Shown here one piece after another: positions 51,534-63,783 of a stretch of 64,000 bases of DNA (the first letter of the stretch is position 1; each line of letters opens with the position of its first letter). Under the pieces are notes generated by a model. The model ran no database searches, had not been told where the DNA came from, and saw only the letters and a list, made by a program, of their open reading frames with translations. Source of the stretch: Octopus sinensis. Lineage: Eukaryota. The translations under genes and the position numbers were made by a program. The stretch is taken from NCBI RefSeq assembly GCF_006345805.1, contig NC_043001.1:34658001-34722000 (forward strand), read 5' to 3'.

Positions 51534-51567
51534 CGCCGCCGCCGACACCACCACCAGCATCACCACC

Positions 51568-51625
<58 letters not shown>

Positions 51626-51678
51626 ATACTGCTGCTGCAGCTGCTATTGCCGCTGCCGCCACCACCAGCACCAGCACC

Positions 51679-51728
<50 letters not shown>

Positions 51729-51755
51729 GCTGTCACCGCCACTACTGCTGCTAGT
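51300..51755. repeat. Cyclic compound trinucleotide repeat (ACC)n(ACT)n(GCT)n(GCC)n, about 5 cycles
   Basis: Direct reading. Confidence 0.95.
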
Positions 51756-52454
51756 GGAAATAATAGCAGTAATACAACCCAAGCAAAACCAAGAGGCACA
51801 GAAATATAACAAAATCCTGTGAAGATAATGAATCCCAAAACTGCTCAACAAACATTGCTATTTTTTGTCAATATTCACATTTGCTAATAAAATAAATGAT
51901 GAATAAAAAATAAATAAATAAATGATTTCTAAAAGCTAAAACAATGCTACTTCATTGAACGAAATCTTGATGAAATAAACGCATAAAAAGTAATAAAGCA
52001 CAAAGAACAAAAAAAAAAAAAATAGAAAGGAAAAGAAAATTGCAAGGCAGAGATTGAAACGAATTTGAATGTTAGAATGTTGGAAGGTTTTTTTTTCTTT
52101 TTTGACCCTTCTCTTGCGTGATTTCGACACGTGACAGACGAATAAAAGATTGGTGTCACTGACAGCCGTTGCATATTGTATGTAGGAGTATTTTTTCTTT
52201 TAACATTTGCATATGTCCTAAAACCATTTATCATATTCTACATTTTGCAATGGCAATCTCTTCACTAATAAACTTGAACCTTGCCCTCTATTTCTAAAAT
52301 AATTTCTTTCACTATTATCAAAACTCGATTTTCTTGTTGATACTAAAGAGTGAAACTGAAAGAAAAAGATTTGTCAAAGAAAAGGACTTCATAAAAATCG
52401 AGCAAGGCGTACCTTACAAGTAATAACACTTTTTACTATTGGCAGAAGACCTGA

Positions 52455-52612
52455 AGTTTTGTTGGAGGAAAATAGTTGGTTATATCGACCCCAACGCTTG
52501 ACTGAATGAAAGGCTAAGTCGACCGTAGCAGAAGTTGAACTAAAAGAACGTAACCACGAAATGCTGCTAAGCATTTTGTCCGGAGTGCTGAAGACTCTCC
52601 ATGCTTGTCACC
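52455..52612 (-). mobile_element. SINE family B, diverged
   Basis: gaatgaaaggctaagtcgacc...gaactaaaagaacgtaac...aagcattttgtcc. Confidence 0.7.
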
Positions 52613-53924
52613 TCTTTTCCTTCCAAGTAATAATGATTTCTTGTGTTGTGAAGGACGAAAATATACTGGAAATTCTTGTTTCATATTCTGCCGACCCTTG
52701 ATATATGGAAGCCTATGTCAAGAGTACCAAGATTTGAACTCTGCACATAAAGTGAGAAATCCAATTACCCATAAGACACTTAGAACGGTAGGTTACAGAT
52801 TTTGGTATTCTTTAGTTATAACTTGGTAGCAATCCGAAATTGGATCAGAGCCAATATTAGGGTTACATCGTTCTGATTGATATTGACATTTGACTGATAT
52901 ATATTTCATTGTTTACTAAGAAATATTCAAGATTTGAACACAAAACATAGCGAAGAATAACTAAATAGCGCTAAGGGATACAAATTATTCGGCATTGTAC
53001 ACTTAAAGACTACTCCAGCATTCTTTCATAATAGAAGATTTACAAAAATTAGTAGAGTTTCTTTACACAGCCACGATATAATTTAGTAGAAGAATGATAT
53101 ATTAAATGTATCCGTATTTAGTATCCATCAGACTTGCATTTCGTTCCAAAACATTGCCAGGGTCGAATTTTTCCCACCGTTCTGGGGTCAATAAAGTTAA
53201 TGCACTGCTATTGATTATATTGGTTACACGCTTCCATTCAAAATTAACCTTCTAATAATAGACTGAAAGTATTTATAGATATTTTACAGTTAGTTGGGAT
53301 TACAAGCTTTGTACTATATATTCTTAGTATATTATAAAGTCTATCTGGTTTCCTCTACTTTTTAAGTTCAGATGCTGATCTCATTTGATTTTCTTCAAAA
53401 AAATCAATGTAATACTGATAATATTTCTGTCTTAGAGTAACGACGACCACGCTAGAACAAAGCAAAACAATGCAAAACAGTCACTGCACTTTCATTTTTA
53501 ATTGCATACAGTTTGATTCTATTGCATAGCACATTGCATATGTGACTTACACCATAACCTCAGGCTTACCAAAATATTTCGTAGAAAAAAAACTGTGTGG
53601 TTGTCTTTCATATAGGTGTAATAGTTAAGATTTGAGTATGTATACATATATTTCATCAATGTGCATCGGTGAATTTCTTATACAGCAAAAAGAAAACCAA
53701 AGGCATTACTGCTCAGCGAACGAAATCCCTTGAGATATTAGTTCCACGTTGACTTACAGATATTATTCACGTGGTCATAAATGAAAAGTACCACTAAATT
53801 AATGATTGACCATTGGAAAATATACGATAACGAACGACACTACTGTTCATGTATCGCAAAAATAGAATAAATAACGACACAAATCCCCAATAAAATGGTT
53901 TCTTTATTAAAAACAAATAATAAC

Positions 53925-54945
53925 AATGATAATAATCCTTTCTCCTATAGGCACAAGGCTTGAAATTTTGATCGACCCTGAAAGGATGAAAGGCAAAAGC
54001 CACTTCGGCAGAATTTGAAATTAGAACGTACCGACGGGCGAAATACCGCTAAGCATTTCGTTCAGCGCCCTAACGATCCTGCCAGCTCGCAATAATAATA
54101 ATCCGTTCTGCTACAGTCACAAGACCAGATAGTCGATTGCATCAACCCCAGTTTTTCACTGGTACTTAATTTATCAACCTCAAAAGGATAAAAGGCAAAG
54201 TCGATCTCGACAGAATTTTAACTCAGAACGTAAAAGACGGACTAAATACCTATTTCTTTACTACCCACAAGGGGTTAAACACAGAGAGGACAAACAAGGA
54301 CAGACAAACGGATTAAGTCGATTATATCGACCCCAGTGCGTAACTGGTACTTATTTAATCGACCCCCGAAAGGATGAAAGGCAAAGTCGACCTCGACAGA
54401 ATTTTAACTCAGAACGTAAAAGACGGACTAAATACCTATTTCTTTACCACCCACAAGGGTACACAGAGATGACAAACAAGGACAGACAAACGGATTAAGT
54501 CGATTATATCGACCCCAGTGCGTAACTGGTATTTGTTTAATCGACCCCGAAAGGATGAAAGGCAAAGTCGACTTCGGCGGAATTTGAACTCAGAACGTAG
54601 CGGCAGACGAAATACCGCAAAGCGTTTCACCCGGCGTGCTAACGTTTCTGCCAGCTCGCCGCCTTAATACTACTACTCCTAATAATAATAATAATGATAA
54701 CATCAGCAACAAACTGAAGAATAACTATAATAATGCTTTCTACTTTAGGCACACGGCCTCAAATTTGTGGGGAGCGGACTAGTTGATCACATCGACCCCA
54801 GTGTTTCATTGGTACTTATTTTATCGACCGTAAAAGGATTAAAGGCAAAGTCGACGGAATTCGAACTCAGAACGTAAAGTCAGACGAAATACTGCTAAGC
54901 ATTTCGACCGGCGTGCTAACGTTTCTGCCAGCTCGCAAGCCTTAA
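53925..54945 (-). mobile_element. Array of SINE family B copies, including a trimeric copy (54105-54665), separated by (AAT)n
   Basis: Repeated gatgaaaggcaaagtcgac cores; internal unit of about 178 bp duplicated. Confidence 0.9.
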
Positions 54946-54992
54946 TAATAATAATAATGATGATAGTAGTTATAATAATAATAATAATGATG

Positions 54993-55026
<34 letters not shown>

Positions 55027-55028
55027 TG

Positions 55029-55075
<47 letters not shown>

Positions 55076-55102
55076 GATAGTAATAATAATAATAATAATA
55101 AC

Positions 55103-55158
<56 letters not shown>

Positions 55159-55165
55159 CAACAGC
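54945..55165. repeat. (AAT)n microsatellite
   Basis: Direct reading. Confidence 0.97.
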
Positions 55166-55821
55166 AGAAGAGTAACTATAATAATGACAGTAATACCATT
55201 GTAACCTCTTCAGCAGAAGCAACAAATGCTATTGCGTCAATATATAGAGGTCTGGAAAAGCATGCGATCAGCCAGCATGAGAATATTTGAAATATTGGAG
55301 TATTTGCCGAAAATAAGATCTTGGAGTCAGAAAGTAATAATCATGTCAAACATGGAAATATTAGATGGAACCACCTAAGACATTACACTGTACAACACAA
55401 GCAGAAGCGAGAGAAAAAAATTATCGTGTCTCAAGGCTGTCAAATTTCTATATTCTGTCAAACATATATTTTATTCCATAAAACTGTTTGCATCAGCGAC
55501 AGTAGCGAAAAGAAGGATAACAGCAACAACGAGAAGTGTCTTCAGCTGTAGGAACAACGGCGTAAATAAATACAACACGCTTACGAATGAACGTGTTAGA
55601 AATAGGAGTAAAAATTCCCTTGCTGTCACACTTTATTGTCACAAAAATATCTAAATAAGATATAATGAAAAGCTTTGATACGTTAGGTAATTTAGTCATT
55701 CGATTCAATATATTTGTAAAGAGAAGAGGGATAATAGAAGAATATTATGACTGGAATCCCGTTGGCTTAGTAGCGACATCAGTAACAACAATAATATTGA
55801 TGTTAATATTAATAGAAATAT

Positions 55822-56400
55822 TAAGGCGGCGAGCTGGCAGAAACGTTAGCACGCCGGGCGAAATGCGTAGCCGTATTTCGTCTGTTGCTACGTTCTGTGT
55901 TCAAGTTCCGCCGAGGTCGACTTCGCCTTTCATCCTTTCGCGGTCGATTAAATAAGTACCAGTTACGCACTGGTGTCAATATAATCGACTTAATCTGGTT
56001 GTCTGTCCTTGTTTGTCCTCTGTGTGTTTAGCCCCTTGTGGGTAGTAAAGAAATAGGTATTTCGTCTGTCTTTACGTTCTGAGTTCAAATTCCGCCGAGG
56101 TCGACTTTGCCTTTCATCCTCTCGCGGGTCGATTAAATAAGTACCAGTTACGCACTGGTGTCAATATAATCGACTTAATCTGGTTGTCTTTCCTTGTTTG
56201 TTCTCTCTGTGTTTAGCCCCTTGTGGGTAGTAAAGAAATAGGTATTTCGTCTGCCGCTACGTTCTGAGTTCAAATTCCGCCGAGGTCGACTTTGCCTTTC
56301 ATCCTTTCGCGGTCGATAAATTAAGTACCAGTTACGCACTGGGATCAATGTAATCGACTAGCCCCTTCTCCCAAAATATTGGGCCTTATGCCTAGGGTAG
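55822..56400 (+). mobile_element. Trimeric SINE family B copy
   Basis: Head aaggcggcgagctggcagaaacgttagc, then three gtcgactt.gcctttcatcct cores spaced about 180 bp apart. Confidence 0.92.
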
Positions 56401-56714
56401 AAAAAAATATTATTAGAAATAGTAAAAAGAATATTAATGGAGATATTACTATAAGCAAAAATAACATAACCAATATTAAATACGTACAATCAAAATTCAA
56501 AAGCAGTCTTAAACTGATTGCGGTTTACGTATCTCACTTGGAATATCTTCTTATTTTGAGAAATGTAATTTTGATTTTAGAGCTTGGTGCAAAAATAAGT
56601 AACTATATATGTAAACAAGTCTAGTTGAGTAAGAGGAGGAAATCAAATCACCTTGGCTGAAACACAATGGCATGGCCGCAGCTCTGAGCTGAAGCTACAG
56701 AAAAAAAAAAACTA

Positions 56715-57070
56715 TGCTAGCTCTCCGTCGCTTACGACAATGAGGGTTCCAGATGATCTGCTCAGTGGAACAGCCTGCTTGTGAAATTAACGTGCATGTG
56801 GCTAAGCACTCTACAGACACGTGTAACTTTAACGTAGTTCTCAGGGAAATTCAGCGTGGCACAGAATGTTACAAGATTAGCCCTTTGAAATACAGGTACA
56901 ACAGAAACAGGAAGATAGAGTCAGAGAATGTTGTGGTGAAAGAGTACAGCAGGGTTCGCCACCACCCCCTGTCGGAGCCTCGTGGAGCTTTAGGTGTTTT
57001 CGCTTAATAAACACCCACAACACCCGGTATTGGAATCGAAACCGCGATCCACTGGGCCTTGCACCTCCAT
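56715..57070 (-). mobile_element. SINE family C
   Basis: Reverse complement of 61567-61951. Confidence 0.88.
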
Positions 57071-58094
57071 ATACTGAATATACAAACTGATCAACTATGC
57101 TTTTTCGGTACTGTGTAGTTGTTGTCATGATTTTAGATGTATAAGATTTACAGAAATCACAAAAATTGGACATCAAATATACCAAATATAGAAAATATGG
57201 AATACGTGTAGAAGTTACCTCGGTTCACATCGAGTTTCGGTTACTATTCATCTCATCCGCTACTTGTAAAAGATAGATAGTTACTTGTTTAACCATACGA
57301 TGATTAGGAGTTGTTGACGTTACAAGTGGCTGGTATACTATTTGACAAGTCCTTGAAAAGCATGCGATGTTGTCACTTTATATATGAACCTAGAATAAAA
57401 CCTACCTTGGAAAGATACTGAAAAGATACTTTCAGAATGCTTCAAAAACTATTCTTAACCAATATTATTTATAGACAGAAGATTATCGGGTCCTTCGATC
57501 AGCAACGATGGATAATCGATTTCATGACGTGTTCTAAAGACAGTAGCAATTGGATCGAAATAGATTGACCGTTTTTCGAACAAGCACTGGAAATTGGAGT
57601 TGGTAGTGGCTTCTTATCAATTCTGAGGAATTTACATAAAATTAAATATAAAACACCATTTTATTATATAAATACAAAAAAAAATGACAAGAAGGAAGAA
57701 ACAAAAATTGATTAGAGAACACACACACACACACACGTAAAAACACGTTCATACTGTGACAAATATAGTTAATTGACCATGCAAACTAATGCAAATTCAT
57801 TTATATCTGACACTCATACGTACTGAGAAATGGAAAAGCATATGCGCACATACGTAGCGACAATACCTCACTTAAACTAATGTAAATTGGCGCACACACA
57901 ACCTTACATTTTAATCAAAGGGTTCTTACAGCAAAGAATATTGGAAACGAATCGAATATTTTTTGCTGAAAAACAGAGCAAAAAATATAAGAACACAAAA
58001 ACTATCATTCTCTTGTTTCCAATTTTTTCTTTACTACTTTTCCTTTCCTGCTTTCCTTCCTTCTTTAATAATTCATTCTCTCTCTGTCTCTCTG

Positions 58095-58128
<34 letters not shown>

Positions 58129-58184
58129 TGTGTTTGTATTAAACAATGAATGAAGCAATAAAGAAGTGTGCACTGATATATATA

Positions 58185-58226
<42 letters not shown>

Positions 58227-58762
58227 ATTATATATACACACATACACATATAAATGTGTATGTATATTTTTATACATATATCTATCTGTATATACATACA
58301 TATATAATATATATATATATATATGCACTCAAATACACTCACATATATACACAATCACACACAGTCACATCACATATACACACAATCACACATACACACA
58401 TACACGCACACACAAAATATGTGTGTGGTTATATGAAATGGTTTTTAGTTGTAGTCGCATCTATATGTGTGAGCGTTTATCGCAGATAACAACGCATCGG
58501 CATCGGCATCGTTTTTCGACTTCAATATTTTAGAGAAGTGGTCTTTTACAAATAACAATTATGTATTCATCGATTCAAATTGGACACAATTCAATCATTT
58601 TCTTTGCAGTCAATTAATTTTCAAGTCGAAAAATTTATTCTAAGAAAGAACTTGCTTTCTTTATTTATTTATTTTCTCTTAAGCTTAAATTTGACACTTC
58701 TAGTTACTGCGATCGTTTTTACATTTTATTCATAGGTGTTATTGTTGATGTTGTTGTTGCTG

Positions 58763-58821
<59 letters not shown>

Positions 58822-59261
58822 GTTATTGTTATAAGAATTGATGGTGAAAACTCAATAAGTGCTGGAACAATCGATCGGTGTGGAATGTTGCCTCTTGTCA
58901 CTAATAGAGGGCAAAGCTTTTCTCTATAAATGAAATATGTTTCTTTTTTTCCCTACACTTGTTTCATCTCGTTCAATTTCACAAGGAATAAGTCGATAAA
59001 TAAGACAGTTGAAATAGGTTAGAACAATAGAAGGAGAAGAAAAACAACAACAACAACAAGAACGGAGGCGAAAACAACAGTGCTGCAATCATGCAAATAA
59101 TAAGAGAAAAGATATAATAAAAGCAATGAGAAAACAAGTAAAGAAACAAACACGGACTGAAACAAAACGGAATGGTCTGACCGTTTAATTATCTTTGTAA
59201 GAGACTTCCTAGATCAATTTATCTTCCTTCGAAAAACTGGCAAGTGTTTCTCTTCATTGTT

Positions 59262-59470
59262 ATTCTTTTATCTTTTACTTGTTTCAGTCATTGGACGGCA
59301 GCCATGCTGGGATAGTACTTCGGATCGTTCAGTTGAGCAAATCGATTACAGTATATATATATTTATAAAACCTGGTAAGTATTCTATTGACGCTTTTGCC
59401 AAACTGGTAAGCTGATAAGAACGTAAACGAACTAACACCAGTTTTCAAGGTGTTGGTCTGTTCACACGCA
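59262..59470 (-). mobile_element. SINE family A, 3' half, diverged
   Basis: tttacttgtttcagtcattggacggcagccatgctgg. Confidence 0.75.
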
Positions 59471-59680
59471 TACAGATGTATAGCATATGTGTGTATGTGT
59501 GTATGTATATATGTCATTGTTCAATTTTATTTCAAGATTTCTTGCCAATCTCTGTGAGATATTTAGAAATTTAATATTTCTATTTTTTGGTGATCAGTAA
59601 ATTTACTTCACTGAAAGTATATATATATATATATATATGTTTACAAAGCCTAGACAGGTATCTTCAGCTAGCAGGCCACG

Positions 59681-59731
59681 CTACTCCAGACTGATGACGA
59701 GCAAAGACTTAGAAACATGTCTCTGGTGCAG
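59681..59731 (+). ncRNA. Minimal type I hammerhead ribozyme motif within a (TA)n-embedded repeat
   Basis: CCAGA-CTGATGA-CGAGCAAAGACTTA-GAAA-CAT-GTC-TCTGG: intact CUGAUGA and GAAA cores, perfect 5-bp helix I, palindromic ACATGT helix III, GUC site (cleavage predicted after 59721). Confidence 0.8.
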
Positions 59732-60179
59732 GCTTAACTGGATGGGGGTACTGTCTCCCCTTTGTAAACATAAAGACACAGGAAATGTGTCAAGGCTGAC
59801 AGGAAGCGTTGATACTTCTAGGGCTAAATAGCGGTGGTGTGATTCCCTTTATGGGACTGTCACGTTAAGTTTACAGTATACAACTGCTGTACATACATTA
59901 TATATATATATATATATATATAGATATATATATATATATGTATGTATGTATATATATATTGAGTTTTTACATGCTAGTCCACTGGTCGTAGAATTTCTAA
60001 AAATTTACTACTCTATAAGATATCTAAGTATCGATATTAGCTTTTCAAAATTCGTTTCGGCATTTTTCATTTTCTGCCGACTGAACTGCGCTTGCGTGGG
60101 GTATTTTGAAAAAATATAACATATAAAGATGAGGCACGTGCTATTGGTCTCATAATTATAGGTCAGCCTTAGATGGCAC

Positions 60180-60245
60180 GGTTAATGATGAGGATTTAGT
60201 TAAGTATTTTATTTACTAAAAAATCCAAAACCTATAGGTATAACC
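60180..60245 (+). ncRNA. Type I hammerhead-like motif with two core substitutions
   Basis: GGTTA-ATGATGA-GGATTT...AAATCC-AAAA-CCTATAG-GTA-TAACC: all three helices pair; C3->A and G12->A. Confidence 0.65.
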
Positions 60246-60389
60246 ATTAAAACAAGGTAAAAGATTTTACTTTTTCATTCCCTTTGAAATAGCTTAAATT
60301 TTGTGGTTTTCGGTCGGTTTTGACTGTCTCCTAGGGTGTAGAAATTGCCTGTTATAGGTAATTTCTCTTTGTGTTTGATGTAACACTAT

Positions 60390-60716
<327 letters not shown>

Positions 60717-61045
60717 AAGGGTAAAAAATTGATATTAATTTGATTATATCATTTTAACCAGTGGGCTGGCATATTGAAAATATCTGAAGATTCAAAAAAT
60801 TATATTACACATATATAAGAGGGATGATCACTAAGTGGTCATCCATATGCTAAATGTAGACCCCATATGGTCTGACGACTAAGAAAAATTTTGTTCTCAA
60901 GAAAATTCGGCAAACGCCAGAATGTAAGCGAGCAAGACAAATGAAAAGATACAAAATACATTGATTAGTCACATACTAGATTCATTGTTACCATTTACAT
61001 ATACATGCGTAAATATCCGCAATTCATCAGTGCGACCGTCATAGA
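60717..61045. mobile_element. Unclassified (TA)n-associated repeat family (related copies at about 23995-24240 and 30145-30290)
   Basis: tgcta.a...ga.cc..tatggtct...ttgttctc.agaaaatt...aatgtaagcgagca.gacaaatgaaaa is shared with 24003-24110; reversed matches at 30200-30285. Confidence 0.7.
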
Positions 61046-61566
61046 GTATATATATATATATATATTATATTATATAATATATATATATATATATATATTT
61101 CAATACGTCATAGAGTAATATATATATATATATATATATATTATTTCAATACGTCATAGAGTATTATATATATTTCAATAATAAATGGTAAAAGTAATTC
61201 ATTACTTAATAACTAATAATTGACCAAGTAGTTCGGTATGTTGCAATAACGCTTATCGGTAACCTTATACAAAAATTTTATAATTATAGCATAATTATAA
61301 TTAGGGTTCAGCAAATTGCTTCATTTAGAAATTTACCGACATTTAGAAATAGCAGTTACAAATTCTCCCAGACATCAATTCTCTTAATTCACGTTACTGG
61401 TATTTCTAAATTTCGGTATGTGGTGAAGCTATTTGCTGAAATTTAATTATAATTATGCTTATAATTATAAAATTTGTACACATATATACATAATTATATA
61501 TGTGTATGTGTGTGTGTGCGTATATTAGGCACCTATGTATGACTTCCCTGATGTGTATTTCCTTTA

Positions 61567-61951
61567 GGGGGCGCAATGGCCCAGTGGTTAGGGCAGCGGA
61601 CTCGCGGTCATAGGATCGCGGTTTTGATTTCCAGACCGGGCTTTGTGAGTGTTATTGAGCGAAAACACCTAAAAGCTCCACGAGGCTCCGGCAGGGGATG
61701 GTGGTGATCCCTGCTGTACTCTTTCACACCAACTGTCTCTCACTTTTACTTCCTGTTTCTGTTGTACCTGTATTTTCAAGGGCCGGCCTTGTCACTCTCT
61801 GTGTCACGCTATGAATATCCCCGAGAACTACGTTAAGGGTACACGTGTCTGTAGAGTGCTCAGCCACTTACACGTTAATTTCACGAGCAGGTTGTACCGT
61901 TGATTCGGATCAACCGGAACCCTCGTCGTCGTAACCGACGGAGTGCTTCCA
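61567..61951 (+). mobile_element. SINE family C, full length, tRNA-derived head
   Basis: GGGGGCGCAATGGCCCAGTGGTTAGGGCAGCGGACTCG...GGTTTTGATTTCC A/B-box-like head; 3' end cgtcgtaaccgacggagtgcttcca. Confidence 0.92.
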
Positions 61952-62239
61952 TTTCCTTTAGTTTTCGTACGTGTTATCAAAGATGAATCTTTTGTCTTTC
62001 TCAGTCTTAATAATTTCATTTTACCTTCTGCGGCTTAGCCTGGTTATTCGCCTGGTACGTAGAATGCAATGGTGCGCAACGTAACAAAATATGACGTATG
62101 TTTCGATTTTTATAAAACTGAAATTCACTTTCGATTTCCTCTTTGCTTAAAATTACTGAATAAATGATTTGACGAAATGATGTAAACTAGACCGAATTAA
62201 TCCCCTCTTCATCATTTTCTAATTTATTTAGTGTCTCTT

Positions 62240-62465
62240 ATTTGTTTCAGTCATTAGACTGCGGCCATGGTGGGGTACCGCCCTGAAGAATCTTTTGTCG
62301 AATGGATTAACCCTAGTAATTATTTGTAAACCGAAAAATTACGGGGACGTAAGCACGACAACACCGGTTGCCAAGCGGTGAAGGGGGACATACATAGACA
62401 CAAACACACACAAACACATACACACACATACACCCCCACCCTCACGCATGCAACGGGGTTCTTTC
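62240..62465 (-). mobile_element. SINE family A, internally deleted
   Basis: tttcagtcattagactgcggccatgg; cggttgccaagcggtg. Confidence 0.75.
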
Positions 62466-62546
62466 ACGACGACCACGACGACCACGACGACCACGACCAC
62501 CACCACGACCACGACGACGACGACGACCACCACCACCACCACCACC

Positions 62547-62595
<49 letters not shown>

Positions 62596-62596
62596 A
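62466..62596. repeat. Compound (GAC/CAC)n(TAC)n trinucleotide repeat
   Basis: Direct reading. Confidence 0.95.
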
Positions 62597-63135
62597 TAAT
62601 GCTAATAACAATAATGTATATATATTAGCAATGTAGTTACAGCGAAAAAAATAATGTCTGAGGGCCGTCAGATTTACTCTTGTACGGACATAAAATCTCC
62701 CAAAAAAACAAATTGGGAAACAAATATACAGAATAAAATAGAAAAGAGAAGAGAAATATTTGTCAATCTTAGATGAAATCAATGACGAAACGACACAAAT
62801 GGTAAAAGAGGAAAGAAATATTAAAAAAATATGACATAACAAAACTCCTTGGAAAAAATAAAGAAGCGAAATCCAAGCGCCTGAAGCAAGAGATCATCGG
62901 TGAATTTTGAAGAATCTGGCTTTGCGAAGAGTGGCAATTCTTCGTTCAACAAAAGAAACAGCTTGACTTCAATTCAAAACGTTTTTTCTCAAGAACTTGT
63001 TAATATGAAATAGAAATCAATGTAGTACCAAGAGTAAGCGAAGTAAAAGAAATCTAGGTTGGAATATGGACAGGGAATCATTATAAATGCAATTATTCAA
63101 AGTAAGAATCTTACCATAAGAACATTTCATAAGGA

Positions 63136-63536
63136 ACTAGCCGTATCGCCCGGCGTTGCTCGGGTTTGTAAGGGAAATAACTATATAAGCATTTTTAGAG
63201 ATGTAAAGTATAATAGCCATCTCAATATGGCTAACCACAAAGCGGGGGAGGGGGTGTTACTGTAGCTTTTTACGTTCTGAGATTTAATAATAAATTTTTA
63301 GAGAGTTACTTCCCTTATATATGCCAAAAATGCATTAAAAATGAGAAAAATTGATGGTAATTTTTTAAAATCGTAGACTCATCGTAGACGCGCGCTAATA
63401 CCCAGAAGGGCTCGATATGAATCACGACTATAAGATACCCGGTTTGTGTTAAACTGCACTGCAAAATGTGGGAGTAGTTAGGAATCTAAATCGTAGGAGA
63501 CAGACAGCACACAACCTCACTTTTATATATAAAGAT
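63136..63536 (+). mobile_element. Helentron-associated non-autonomous element (HINE/DINE-1-like), about 400 bp
   Basis: 5' ACTAG plus CCCGGCGTTGCTCGGG palindrome; 3' gacagacagcacac...cttttatatataaagat. Confidence 0.75.
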
Positions 63537-63783
63537 ATCTCAGACAATTCAAATCTCAAGTAAATGGAGAAAAACTTGCAAATACGATGCCGCAAACTTC
63601 TGGTCGAAATATAATATTCAGCAGGGAAATATCAGGCACTCTTGGCGAAGAGGAAAATAACACTGACAGAATCACTGGAATACCTAACATAGGGGGAGCC
63701 ATGTAATCCTACTAGTCTTAACAAACAGCTAACACTAAAAATACAAAAACATGTTTTAAGGATCAGTAAATACATACTGTTGT

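Noticed and set aside
54105-54665. CRISPR-like or satellite array
   Set aside because: Units are identical-type SINE segments without unique spacers; eukaryotic context
61567-61640. tRNA-like sequences here and at 39176, 63784 and 16338
   Set aside because: They continue into SINE bodies and lack a complete acceptor stem; SINE heads, not tRNA genes
62900-63015. Short protein-like reading frame RSSVNFEESGFAKSGNSSFNKRNSLTSIQNVF
   Set aside because: In-frame stop just upstream, no polypyrimidine acceptor, no recognisable homology
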